A DNA stretch of 64,000 nt from Marsupella aquatica (lineage: Eukaryota; Plantae; Marchantiophyta), in contig OZ316893.1 of the NCBI GenBank assembly GCA_973895155.1, forward strand, positions 7,836,963 to 7,900,962, in the 5' to 3' direction. Position numbers and translations under genes: made by a program. Numbering within the stretch: the stretch's first letter is position 1; each line of letters begins with the position of its first letter. The notes beneath the pieces were generated by a model. It saw only the letters and a program-made list of their open reading frames with translations, was not told the DNA's origin and made no database searches. Positions 1 through 11,871 of the stretch are shown here, in pieces.

Positions 1-823
1 TTCTCTTGGATGTCGGTTTTTTCACAGAGCACAATGTATCATCTGGAACCACTCGCCATCCTGCAGTGTGCCTGGCGATGTCACTTGTCCTGCCCTCCTA
101 GACCCCACCACCGGTCACTTTGGTGTCTACACATGTTTGGATCACACGCTCTAGAGGACCACTTGTCACACCGCATGCACAAACCAGAGACCATTGACCT
201 ATAACTTAACACTTTGACTTGAACAGAGAGGATATTTACTTAAGATTTTGAATTATGACCAATTTTGGGTCCAGGGTTTAGGGTCAACAGTACATAACTT
301 ATCCTATTATGGCTGCACTAAGTACAATATCCTAATTTAAGAGGCTAGCAAGCTCACTTAAAAGTCTCCTTTCAAAGACTGAAATTAATGGGCCATGTGA
401 TAACCTGGAAAAAGTGATTTATGCCTAACTTATTTGTCTCATTCACTATCATAGCCTATTTAGGATGTATAAATTACAACCCTGATCACACTGCTTGATA
501 CCAATCTTGTTCAAAAAATGCCTATTTTACATGTCACGACTGTTATATGTGATTCAAATGCATTAAATCTTGTTGCAGATCTCCTTTGGTGAATCATAGC
601 CACAAAATTGAGGTGTAGGTGGAGCTATTGTACGAGGGGATCAGTTTTTAGTGTGGGCTCAACAAACCAAAAAGTATGTCTACTCTGCACATGTGTGTGA
701 ACATTTCATTGCAGTAGCAATTGCCACTCTAGTCTATATGCTACACTGTACTTTTTGTACACTGCACTAAATTGTATTGTCTGTGCACTATGCTAAATTG
801 TACTATCTGTCTCATGCGTAGGC

Positions 824-1504
824 ATGGCACGCCCTACAATCCGAGCCAAGAAGCGGGGGACAGAGGTGAGCAACACAGGTGTAGTTGGGCCAGATGGTAG
901 TAACTTCTCCGCAAGTCAGATTTTCCAGAAGGCAGCTCATTGTTGTGCCATTTGTGACGATGGTGGTGGCTTAGCCATATGTGAGGGCCCTTGCATGAGG
1001 CATTTCCACCTCAACCCGGAGTCTGACCTTGCTGCAAAAAACAACTGTCCAGGGGTGGGCCTCCCGTCAGCACACCAGGGAGGCTGGATGTGCACTGATT
1101 GTTTGGAGAAGCAGGCTAAGTGTGCACAGTGTGGGAAGTTGGGGTCTTATGAGGGCTCTGTTGATGCTCCACCACTTGTTAGGAAATGCCCTGACAGATA
1201 TTGTGTGAGGTTCTTTTGTTTTTCATGTTTGCCCGATCTTGCCACAGCTTGCCCACTTCATAAGTGCAAGGCATGTGGTCAGCACGATGAAGATTTCTGG
1301 GTGGACATAGTCCACTATGTTAGGTGTCCCACCATGTGGCACTTTCATTGTTTGAAGGAGCGTCAAGCAGAAGGCTATGCTTGTGACAGACACATCTATG
1401 ATCACTCTGCACATGGTGTTGATTGATGGATCTTCTATTGTCATCGCCATGCCATAGATCCTACTTTGCACACTCCCATGATAGATCACATTTCTTGGCT
1501 TTGA
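824..1504 (+). pseudogene. EDM2/NSD-type tandem PHD-finger protein (transposon cargo), one premature TGA
   Basis: Motifs CAICDDGG..CEGPCMRHFH, WMCTDC..KCAQCGKLGS, CPLHKCKAC and RCPTMWHFHCL. After TGA (1424-1426) the frame continues WIFYCHRHAIDPTLHTPMIDHI, which resembles the EDM2 segment IYCxxHEIDxxLxTPxRDH. Confidence 0.8.
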
Positions 1505-2102
1505 ACCTGAATAATGTACATGCATAGTGCACCTGATGTGGATACCTTGGAGATTGCAGACATTCCAATTTTGAGAAGAAAGACCTCTGTAGGAGAGGAT
1601 GCTTAGGCAACAAGTACCCTAAGTTCATTACTTGTTCCTGGGTACATGCCTTCAAAAACTCCCCTTAAGCCTTCTAGGAACTTTTTAAACTCTGCAATCA
1701 TTTTGATCACGACTTACATGACACTGCTTAAATTAAATCAGGACTTCTCATTATGAGCATATAAGTTACAAGGCTATTTAATTTGCGAGAATTCCCTTAA
1801 AGTGTACCAACATTTTGTATTCTCATTGAATGTCTGCCCATTTACAACATCTGTATGTGGCATCACAAAACAATTGCACTTGTCACCTTCAATATTGTGA
1901 AGGCACATATTCAAACTATGAGGTGCATGCTTGCAGGTGTCTAGTACGTTTGTCCCAATATTTCTCCCGTTTGGAATCGGAGCAGAGACTCACCAGACGA
2001 CTGGACTGGACCAAGTTATAAACGCAGCATTTTAAGGGCCCTCTGATTATCAGGTGAACGCATTATCTTCCGGTCTGCAGTGATTAGGTGGCCCGTGTGT
2101 AC

Positions 2103-2948
2103 ATGGCCTCTAGGAAACGTACAAAGGTTGACCACCCGCCTCTGTTGGCTGGAATCAAAGCCATTTTGATTCCTGGCCACTACGGGTTCACCCAAGTGAG
2201 TTGGCCAATCGTACAAAAACGATTCTCAGAGTTCCATGGGACTGAAGTCAAGGACATCACTCCACAGACTACACATGTTGCGGGGACATGGCTGGATGTG
2301 ATGAACAAGTGGTCATGGTCCTTCATTGATTCTGCCATTACCAACCAAGGTCTAAAAGTAGTTGAAGTCTCTTGGCTGACCGATTCTGTTAAACATAGGT
2401 GTGTACAGAGTACTGAGCAATATGAGTTGTGGGAGAGTGAGGAGGCCACTGCAGAGGCTTTGGCTGAAAAGGAAGCCTATGAAGCAGCGGCAAAGAAACC
2501 CAACTTTGCTTCTGTCCAATATGGACCTGTTGTCAACATAGGACACCATCCTATGCATGCAGATGCTATATTGAATGAGCATGGCAAGGAGAGAAATACC
2601 ATTATGAAGGGGTTCAGTGTGGTATTTGCAGAAGAAGGAATTGGGGAGACTAAGTGCAGACTGTACAAGTCCATAGTTGTTGAGCTAGGTGGGACAGTGG
2701 AGGAGAGTCTAACAGAAACCTCCACTCATGTTGTAGGTCTGTCATACATGAAAATATGCAGAAAATTCTTTAAGACAATAGTGCATGATTTTGTCATGAA
2801 CAACAATCTTTGGGTGCTTTCCCCTGATTGGCTTCTGGAATCAGCAGCTAGAGGGAAGCGACAGAATGCTTGGGACTTTGATAGTTTTGAGGCCTGGCCC
2901 TCCAAGATTCAGCGGAGATGTATGCTTAGCAAAGGTGGGAGAGAGTGA
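2103..2948 (+). CDS. Tandem BRCT-domain protein (transposon cargo)
   Basis: Two BRCT-like units: HGTEVKDITPQTTHV...VVEVSWLTDSVK and LGGTVEESLTETSTHVV...VLSPDWLLESAA, each with the conserved GG/THV and WxxxS motifs. The ORF is intact. Confidence 0.8.
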   Translation: MASRKRTKVDHPPLLAGIKAILIPGHYGFTQVSWPIVQKRFSEFHGTEVKDITPQTTHVAGTWLDVMNKWSWSFIDSAITNQGLKVVEVSWLTDSVKHRCVQSTEQYELWESEEATAEALAEKEAYEAAAKKPNFASVQYGPVVNIGHHPMHADAILNEHGKERNTIMKGFSVVFAEEGIGETKCRLYKSIVVELGGTVEESLTETSTHVVGLSYMKICRKFFKTIVHDFVMNNNLWVLSPDWLLESAARGKRQNAWDFDSFEAWPSKIQRRCMLSKGGRE

Positions 2949-3124
2949 GGAGTAGGAGTCCCTCATATTTTTGTATAAATCACAATTTTGTAATAAATGT
3001 GATCCTTGAACTAACTCATCTTGTCATGGTTGGTCGCAGTTGAAGTGATTGTTGTTTCCTACTGCGTGGGGTGTGACTGTGAATCTACTTGCTGGGCTCT
3101 GTTTGGCTGAAGACTTTGGTGGGT

Positions 3125-3658
3125 ATGCTGCCTCTTCCAGACTGTCAGGCCCTATGTAGGGTCCTCCTACGGGTTGCATCGTGCATGGCTACTGCTTGGG
3201 CTTACTTGTGTGGATTGGTAACCAGACAGAGTGTAGCTCCATCCGAGATAATGCCTGCAGACCTTGGATGTGTTGTGAATGCTGTGGTGAATGAGGATGC
3301 ACAGTCGGAAGAGGACATTTACTTTTCAGCAAATGAGTTAGACAAGCACGATGCTGTAGGTGGTTCCTTGTTGCCTGATTTGGCAGATGATATAGTTCTT
3401 ACACATGTCTGGCCGAGGGTTCTTGTGGTGTCTGGCGCACAAGATATCTACAAATATAGACTAATTAGTACCCAGTGGAGGGACTTGGTAGCAACATGTG
3501 CACCATGGAGGGCACTGCTGCCACTGCTTGTAGGCACGGATCGAAGACCACCATGGCATGAGCAGGGTTTAGACCTTGATGACTTAATGTACATGCCTGA
3601 GTACCTCAGGGCTGAGTGGCATCGACAACAGGATTGGTATCCGTATTTGATGTGGTAG
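3125..3658 (+). CDS. F-box-like domain protein with no recognisable substrate-binding domain (transposon cargo)
   Basis: SLLPDLADDIVLTHVWPRV...YRLISTQWRDLV matches the plant F-box pattern LIPGLPDDxxxxxxxRV...LRxVSKxWRxLV. Confidence 0.65.
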   Translation: MLPLPDCQALCRVLLRVASCMATAWAYLCGLVTRQSVAPSEIMPADLGCVVNAVVNEDAQSEEDIYFSANELDKHDAVGGSLLPDLADDIVLTHVWPRVLVVSGAQDIYKYRLISTQWRDLVATCAPWRALLPLLVGTDRRPPWHEQGLDLDDLMYMPEYLRAEWHRQQDWYPYLMW

Positions 3659-3984
3659 TAAGATGAGGACATCTCACACCAGTCTCGCACCTGGCACCTG
3701 TGTCTATGACTACACATGATTGGACTCTGATATGGTCATGGATGTACGTGCAGAGGCAGTACATGTGAGGACAGCGGAGGAGTTGACACCCTCAAACATT
3801 TAGGAATTTTGTCTCATTCACTTGAGAATAGGTACATGACTCAGGCACCTATATTTTTTGTTTTTTTGTTTTTTTGGAACGTTACGTATTTTGGCAAGTA
3901 CAGTCGGGGGTGAAATCCTTAACAGGAAGTGTATTTTTCACTTGCATAATAAAATGACAGGGTGCTGAGTGCGTGTGTATAGTG

Positions 3985-6900
3985 ATGGCTCCAAGGTTGC
4001 CTCTTCACAACCCATTTAGGATTAGGCATCATGATTCTAAATTGTGGATGCGTGAACAAGCCCGGGCCGCCCAAGGTAGGTGTAGGAGGATGAGATGCCC
4101 ATGCACACAGTGCCAAGGATTCAAGTCGTTGAGTTTGAACACTGTGCACCTTCACCTGCTGCGGCATGAAAGGCACCCTCGGTGGAGGGTTTGGAATGTA
4201 CCAGCAGAAGAAGACTCCTCTGATGAAGAGTGGAGAGCTGACTTTGTGGATTCTAATACAGCTAGGCGTAGAGACTACGTAGAGCAGGACATAGACTGTG
4301 CAGAGGATGGTCCTGGGGTCCAACATGAGAACGTGGATGACCAAGATGGAGATGCAGAGGCAGTCACTGAGGACGGTGGGATGGATGTCCCAAGAATGGT
4401 TCAAGAGATTTTTGAAGACCTTGATGCTTTTTATGACACAGTGGAATCAGAAGAGGACAATGAACCGCAGCCACACATTGGCGACGGCCAAGCTGAACCT
4501 GACTTTGACATTGGGGAAGGTGCAGCGGAGAGGGAGTGGGTGTTTGGGGGCCCAAAACACATCAAAGAAGCTTGCATTCCTATCTACGAGGGGTCGAACT
4601 GCTCCAAGCTGGGTTTTGTCGTGTTGTTGTTGAACATCTGTGGCAATCACAATGTTCCCAATATATTTGTGACAGAGTTGTTGACCTTCCTGCGCTGAAA
4701 TGTGTTACCAGATGGTAATTCAATTCCAAAAAATATGTACGAGGCTAGGAAATTGATGTCTAACCTTGGGCTGAACTATGTGTCTATTGACGCATGCCCT
4801 GATGGGTGTGTTCTCTTTCGCAAAGAGCATGCAGATAAATTGACATGCCCTCATTGTGGTAAGCACAGGTACAAGAATGTAGGGAAATGTACACACCCTG
4901 CCAAGGTTCTTCGTCATTTTCCTCTTGAGCATTCCTAGACTACAACGTCTGTTTAGATGCCCTGCCATTTCCAAGCTGATGACATGGACTCCTGATAACA
5001 AGAGCAGTGATGGCCTGCAGCGTCACATTGGAGATTCCGACCATTGGAAATTTGTTGATGAGAGGTGGCCACAGTTTGCTGTAGAGAAGCGGAACTTTCG
5101 ATTTGGTCTATCACTGGATGGAGTAAACCCATTTGGAGACAAAAACAACCGTTATTCATGTTGGCCGGTTACGCTGCTAAATTACAACCTTCCCCCATGG
5201 ATGACTACAAAGAGGTTTTTTGTCATGATGGTGCTGTTAATCCCTGGACCAGCTTCTGTGACCGAGCAATTCATAGATATCATGTTGGCTCCAGTAGTGG
5301 AAGAGTGGAAGACTTTGTGGATAGAAGGGGTGTTAACCCATGATGTTCTGAAGGGGCTTCTTCGACCCAGCCCCTTTAGACTGCATGCAATTTGTTTGCT
5401 GGATATAGCAGATTACCCAGGCCATGGCATCATATTTGGACGAGTGACAAAGGGCTATGTGGGGTGCACACCATGTGGGAAAAATGTGACAAGTGAGTGG
5501 TCACATGCCCTGCACAGTATGAAATTTCAGGGGCATAGAAGGTATCTGCCTGTTGATCATCCTTACAGGCACACACGGTCTCAAATTGCACACTTCAACA
5601 ACAAAACAGAGCTTCGTGGCCCACCACAGAGGGTCACCAGAGAGCAAGTCCTGAGGTGGGCAGCCAGGAAGGCTGATTGGGACAAGAGAAGTGCCACTGA
5701 TCGAGAACCTGAGGATCCAGTGGTGAAACATGGTGTGAAAAGACAGACCTTGATGGACTTGGAGTTGGAGTACTGGAGGGTAATGTACTTAGCCTCCAGC
5801 CCCTGTATGATTGCAATTTTAGATTGGAGCAATGGTGGATTGATGTTGGTTACAATCCTCCTCTGTGGTTAATTAGTGTTTCTGTTGTTGAATTCTTTGC
5901 TTTGTGGAGTGCAGGAATTTGAGCCCAGCAAACACAATGTGGACGTCATGCACATTGAGAAACATATTTGTGAGAGCTTGCTGAAGTTCTTGTCGGGTGA
6001 GAAAGATACAGGAGCAGTTCGAGCTGATATGCAACAGAAGGGGATTCGCCCTCACCTTTGGTTGAAGCCCCATGCAAGCAATCCCAATGTACTTCTCAAG
6101 TTCCAAGCTCCCTATGTGTGCACACAGGATGAATGGAAGACATTCTTGTATAGATTGAGCTGTCTGAAAGTGCCCTCTGGCTATGCTGGTGCCTTCAAGA
6201 AGCATATTACAAAGAATAAACTTGGCAGTATGAAAACACATGACTACCATGTGTTGATGCAGCACATTCTGCCCCTATGCCTCAGAGGTCTCATGCAGAA
6301 ACCAGTCTGTAATGTCATTCTTTGACTGTGCAATGTATTTCGCCATATATGTGTGAAAGTGTGGGATCCCCAAGGATTGGAGCAGTTGAAGCAGGATGCT
6401 GCTTATGTCCTCTGTGACTTGGAGATATACTTCCCCCCTGCTTTCTTTGATGTTATGACTCATCTCCTAATCCATGTGGTAGAAGAGCTAGGGCAGTATG
6501 GGCCAGTCAGTACCAGATGGATGTACCCTATGGAGCGATACATGAAGTTGTTGAAAGGTCATGTGAGAACATACTACAGGCCAGAGGCTTCCATGGCATT
6601 GGGGTACATTAAGGATGAGATGTTGGGATTCCTAACAGAGTACATGGCTGGGTCTGGTGAAGCTATGACAAGAGTTTGGAAATCTGGTGAAGATGATGGA
6701 GTGAGTGGCGAGGTTGTTGAAGGTGTGGGACGTGCTGTTCAGCTGCCTGTTGCGATTCGAGACAAGGCTCATTCATATGTGCTGGCAAACACAGAGCCTA
6801 TGCAACCATGGTGGAGGTGAGTGATTGAATTGACTTGCCTTTGTTGTGATGCTTCTTGTCTGTTCCAAGGGTGATCTTAGGTTGTCATGTGTTGTTTAGA

Positions 6901-7689
6901 CCTAACTATGCCTGTACCTCATATTGCAGGGAATATGATATGCAAAAAGCTGCACACTCTGGGCAGCAGGATCCCTTCCCACAGTTCGAGCAGTGGATTC
7001 GGGTGACAATTCGAGAGCATAGTAGACATCACCCAGATATGGAGAAGGATTTGTATCTTCTATCTGTGCCACCACGATTGTCTATTCTGACCTACAAACG
7101 GATGAGAGCTTATGGAAATCATTATCGAGTGAGGGATGAGCAGGGTAACCATTGTGTATCATATGATTGTGGTTTGATTTCTGTGTTTGAGCAGAGAACC
7201 TCTGAAGAACAGAGGGGGTGGATGAAGATGGGTTACGTGGGGGAGTTGACCAACATTTGGGTGTTGAATTATGGTAACACAAGTGTCCCAGTGATATTGA
7301 TGAAGGGATCATGGGTGAAATCAGAGTGGCAGAGACCAAGGGCCACCATGAAGCGTGATCATGATGGGTTCTTGTTGGCCAATTTTAGGTCCAGAGTACC
7401 AGAATGGTCTGAGCCTTTTGTTTTCCCTAGCCAAGTTGAATAAGCTTTCTTTGCAGATGTGGAGGAGTCACATGGCTGGAGGGTGGTATGCCATAGCCAA
7501 GCACGGAACAGGCGGATGGATGGAAGTAAAGTAGAATTCAGTTTGGATGACCATGCTGCATTCGAGCATCCTAGTCATGAGACTGTACTTCCAACTCGGG
7601 CAGGGACTGACTACATCCCCTTAACATTGAGAGAGACATATGATGAACCTGGGCAAATGGAATATGATGAGGTTGATGATTTGCAATAG
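3985..7689 (+). pseudogene. CACTA TnpD-like transposase (Transpos_assoc, Transposase_21, DUF4218 and DUF4216-like regions), disrupted
   Basis: Motifs MRCPCTQC, IDACPDGCVLF, RNFRFGLSLDGVNPFG, DYPGHG, DVMHIEK, MKTHDYHVLMQ, FPPAFFDVMTHL, GPVSTRWMYPMERYM and EPFVFPSQV. Introns at 5780-5914 and 6817-6929. Stops at 4696, 6323 and 7441, and a 4-nt frameshift at ~4927. Confidence 0.93.
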
Positions 7690-7866
7690 GCAACAGCTGG
7701 CGATTGGCAAGTATGAGGTTGAGAATGACTACCTGCACAGAGTCACAGAATGGGAATTGCTGCCTGGAATGATGTTTAGGATAGTTGGATATGCATGAAA
7801 TTGATTGATACTTTGAATTTAGTGTGCTGATTCTCCCTGTTTGGTTGTGGGTGCTGTGCAGAAGCT

Positions 7867-10800
7867 ATGGGGGAAGAGGGTGATGACATGGAGACAGACA
7901 TGGGGCTTGGAGAGTGGGGTGAAGAGGAAAGATTGGATATGGATGGAGACCCAGATGCAGGGGGCTCACAGAAAAATGCACCTGTGCAAGATGCACAGGG
8001 CCCTCATCAAGTCCCAGGTAGGTGGGCAGCTAGAGAGAAATCACATAATCCATACCCTAGAAGGAGCCAGAGTTATTGGCAAGGGACGCCTGATAATTAT
8101 GATGATGACTATGATGGAGCAGAAGATGGATGGGATGAATATGAACACCCAGAGCGTGGTAGAGACGGGTACAGAGGGCAATGGAAAGGTGAGGAGGATG
8201 ATTGGACAAGTAAGTGCCTTGTGCTAGTGATTTTGTGATGGTAGTAGAGATTTAGCTCAATATGCACTTATCTGATGTGTAGCTAGGGCAAAGAGTTTAT
8301 CTTACAGGTCCATGAGTGTGGCATGTACCTGTTGGTATGCAGACTCTGATTGGGACAATCACGAAAACAACAAAGGCCATCCACGTTCAGATAGGAGGCA
8401 ATCATTCACAGGCGGGAGAAACGGCCCTAATTCATCAAGACAAAGCAATAGGACAGGTGGTCCAGAACCATCTATGCGCCAAGGGAGAGGTAACTTGGTC
8501 ATTGCAGAATTGCTCTGAAGTCCACTGTATATTTGGCAGCAGGATTTATGATTCATACTTACCTAATGGATCCTGTAAATGTGCAGGGACTCCAGGGAGG
8601 TTTGGACAATGCAATCCAGGCCGTGGCGGGAGATCAGGCCATGGAGGGACCCTAGGCCGTGGGGGGACACCAGGCCGTGGAGGGACACCTAGTAGCGCTT
8701 CAGGGAGTACCAAGGCAGGAGACAGTAACAAATTTGGTAAAGTAGAAGTGAATTCCGATGGTTGGATAACTCCCACATGTGATGGTAAGAACCGTTGGCA
8801 TTCTGACCTAAGAGGAGAAGTATTGCGTTGGTTAGATTTGAGCATTACAGAGTTTAGAAGTCAGAACAAAGCTGATTGGGCTGCTATCTGCAAGGACATT
8901 CTTGAACGGTGGGACTATGTTGGTAATGATGGTAAGGGCCCAGTTGAAGATTGCATATCAGATTATGCAATGAGGATTTTGAAACAAGAGAGGCATAGGT
9001 TGAAAAGGATGTGGATAGACAATGGTTCTAACAGGAGAATGCCACCACCCCCATCATTGGAATTGGATCAATGGACACGGTTAATCAAAGGGTTCATGTC
9101 AGAGGCTGGACAGAGCAAAAGTGAACTGATGTCAAATGCTCAAGGCAAAGTGAAACACCTGTCACAGGCTGGGAGAGGAAGTTATGCTCCAGTGAAAGAA
9201 CAATTGGTAAGGCAGTGACATGCCTGATAGTAAGCCTCAAACTTATCATCTTGCTACCATTATTACATTTTCATTGACAATCAACACTTGGTTTCATTCA
9301 TATGTATGTTGATGTGGACTGCAGAAGAAATTGACAGGTGAAGAACCATCAGCACAAGAAGTGAGAGAGGAGTTCATGAAACAAAGGAGTGAGGTGACAA
9401 GTGTGACTTCCAAACAGGTGATTATGTTGTAATTCTGTATGTTCTGTGACTATTTGCCCTTGAGCATCAGAAAGAATTGTAGTCGTAAGTAAGCAACCAG
9501 TTCTTGGGGACAATTATCTGAGATATGTAAGCTGTGTTATGACAGGGAACTGTTACAACTCTCACAGAGATGTGTGAACGGTTGAAGTCATTAGAGTGTG
9601 GACTCCCTCGAGTGGAAAGTAAATTGGCTGATCGTTTGGATATTGTGGAGGCATCTGTAGCGAACCTTCTTGCATCAGTGGAATCTAATTTCAAGCTTGT
9701 GATTGAAAAATTGGGTGGTTCCCAACCAAACAATGAGGGCAACATTGTACAAAGTGTGCCCTTGTTAACAAAAAAGGGAATTGGCAAATCTGACACAGGT
9801 ATGGAAATGACACCGGCCCATTGTTCATTGTGTCCTATGTTCAAATGTTAGAAGTAAGTTTTCATGAATTGAGTGAATGGTTTTAATGCAGGAAGAGTGG
9901 AGGCAGAGAAGGACCCTGTAATCAGTAAGCAGAATGGCAAAAAGGTTGCTGAGACAGGTAACCTGCTATGATCCAGTACATTACATTTGAAAAGTGCATG
10001 GAGTTTTGTGAAGCTTAAGCCGGTTGGAGGTAATCTTTTCTGTAAGAACTGGTTGGATCAACTGGGATCTGAAGTGACATCATGATTGATGTATCAGGTG
10101 ATTCAAAGAGCAATGAAAAAGATGTGCCCAGTGCCTCAGTGACCATAGCCAAGGAGGTATCAGGTAAGCTGATGCTTTAAATTCCTCTCCTACCATTGTT
10201 GAGAAACAATTCAGTGGTTAATAGATTGAACCTGAATATTGTGGTGTGTTTATTGATCAGCAGAAGCAGACATGGAGGATATGACAATGGTAAAGAAGGG
10301 GAAGAAGGCTGTTCATAATGGTAAGGAGATAGTGACAACTTTGTGGTTGGTGACATGTGATGAGTGATTCACATGTGTTGGACAATGCACTGAATTGTAG
10401 TTGATGCAGAGTTGACAGACTCTCAACCAAGTGGGAGCAGGGTGAAGCGATGTCGAAACTTGGGAGCAACATTGGATGCAAGTAAGATTGTAGATGCTTC
10501 AATTGAAGCAAGTACAATGTTGGCAGATACTGAGATGATGTCGCAGGGAAATCCTGCTATACAATTGGAAGTGTCAAATATGGATGCAGATTCTTTGAAG
10601 AAGAGTGTAGCCAATTCTCGATCACCAGCACAAAACACTCGTGCCAAAGTCATGACTCGCAACCAAGGTATGAATAATGTCATGTATAAGCCACCCAGGA
10701 AAGCCAAGAAAAGCAGCCAGGGTAAGGTGGAGGTGATAGCCACAGCAGAGCCAGTCCATAATCTTCTATCATGGGAGGATGAATCGCAGGTATGTGTGGG

Positions 10801-11005
10801 TACAGGCATTTTGCGACCGGATCATGCAAAATTCCATGGCAAAGTGGTCCCGGATGACCATGTAGTAGTGTTGTTGACTACAGTGATTGTATCTGATTGT
10901 AATTTGCCATTTCCGAATAGAGACGATGATCCACCTCAGGAAATAATTGCAGATGCAGTAGGATCTCTTGTGCTCTGGCCATCAGAGTGTGTTAGTCTGC
11001 AGTGA
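7867..11005 (+). CDS. Multi-exon CACTA TnpA-like (Ptta/En/Spm-type) protein
   Basis: Lies between TnpD and the right terminus, with several GT-AG introns. Central region RHRLKRMWI..PPPSLELDQWTRLIKGF..SELMSNAQGKV. C-terminal FHGKVVPDDHVVV..LPFP..DAVGSLVLWP is typical of Tnp1/En/Spm proteins. Exon boundaries are only partly resolved. Confidence 0.7.
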
Positions 11006-11499
11006 CTGAATGCAAGTGTAGATAGAATCATGTGACATATGTTACATTTTGACATTGCCTTGGGAAGATCCAAGAAATATTTGTACCAATTTTTCCATTT
11101 GGTAAAGAGGATGAAGGAGCCGTTGTGTGTGACATTGATATTTCTGAATTCTGTATATATGAAACAAGTGATTGATGTCAAACTATGGCTCTATGGTGAT
11201 TGTCTATGATACTTGAATCTGTTTTGTATCATTTCAGTATTAGTGTGTATGGTATAGACGAATGCTTTGTGACCTTCTTTGTAGTCTATGATGTTTGAAT
11301 CTGTGAATTCATATTAGTGTACATGGTATAGAAGATGGCTTTCTGAAAATTTGTGTGAGGTTCTAATGTTAACATGGTGAATGGTGACCTTATAGAGTGA
11401 GTTCATTCCAAGTACACAATAAAACATGAATGGAATGTGTTATTTGTGCACAAGAGTGAGTTCATTCCAAGTAGTATAGTGGGGTCTTCATCACTCATT

Positions 11500-11871
11500 T
11501 CCAGTTGACATGAAAGACTTGTACATACCCCACAAAGTGTCTACTTTAGTCGTTTTATAAACTCACAAAGTATACTTAAAGACTACCCTCCATAACCTTT
11601 TGAGTCGTTCCCAACGACTCACCATCGCAGTCCATAAAAGACTGAAAAAGACTCACCAAACCTACCCACACAAAGACTACAATAGACTGAAAATCCAGTC
11701 TATAAAACGACTTATAAACCAGTTCTATAAAGGACTCAGTTGATTATAGTAACAAAACATACGACTCATAGTCCTATAAAGGACTGGAGTCCTTCCCAGT
11801 CGTTTCCAAGTCCTATACGGTACTGAATAGTTGTTTTATGGGGTCTAAATACCCCCCGGTTTCTACTAGTG
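11500..11871. repeat. CACTA subterminal repeats and right TIR (11852-11871)
   Basis: Dense AAGACT/ACGACT/AGTCGT motifs in both orientations, ending in TTCTACTAGTG. Confidence 0.85.

Larger units (their letters stand above)
1..11871 (+). mobile_element. CACTA/EnSpm DNA transposon, right part (left end upstream of window)
   Basis: TnpD-like and TnpA-like genes in tandem. GACT/AGTC-rich subterminal repeats at ~11500-11850. Terminus ...CCGGTTTCTACTAGTG at 11871 (reverse complement CACTAGTAGAAACCGG), immediately followed by unrelated coding sequence. Confidence 0.9.
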
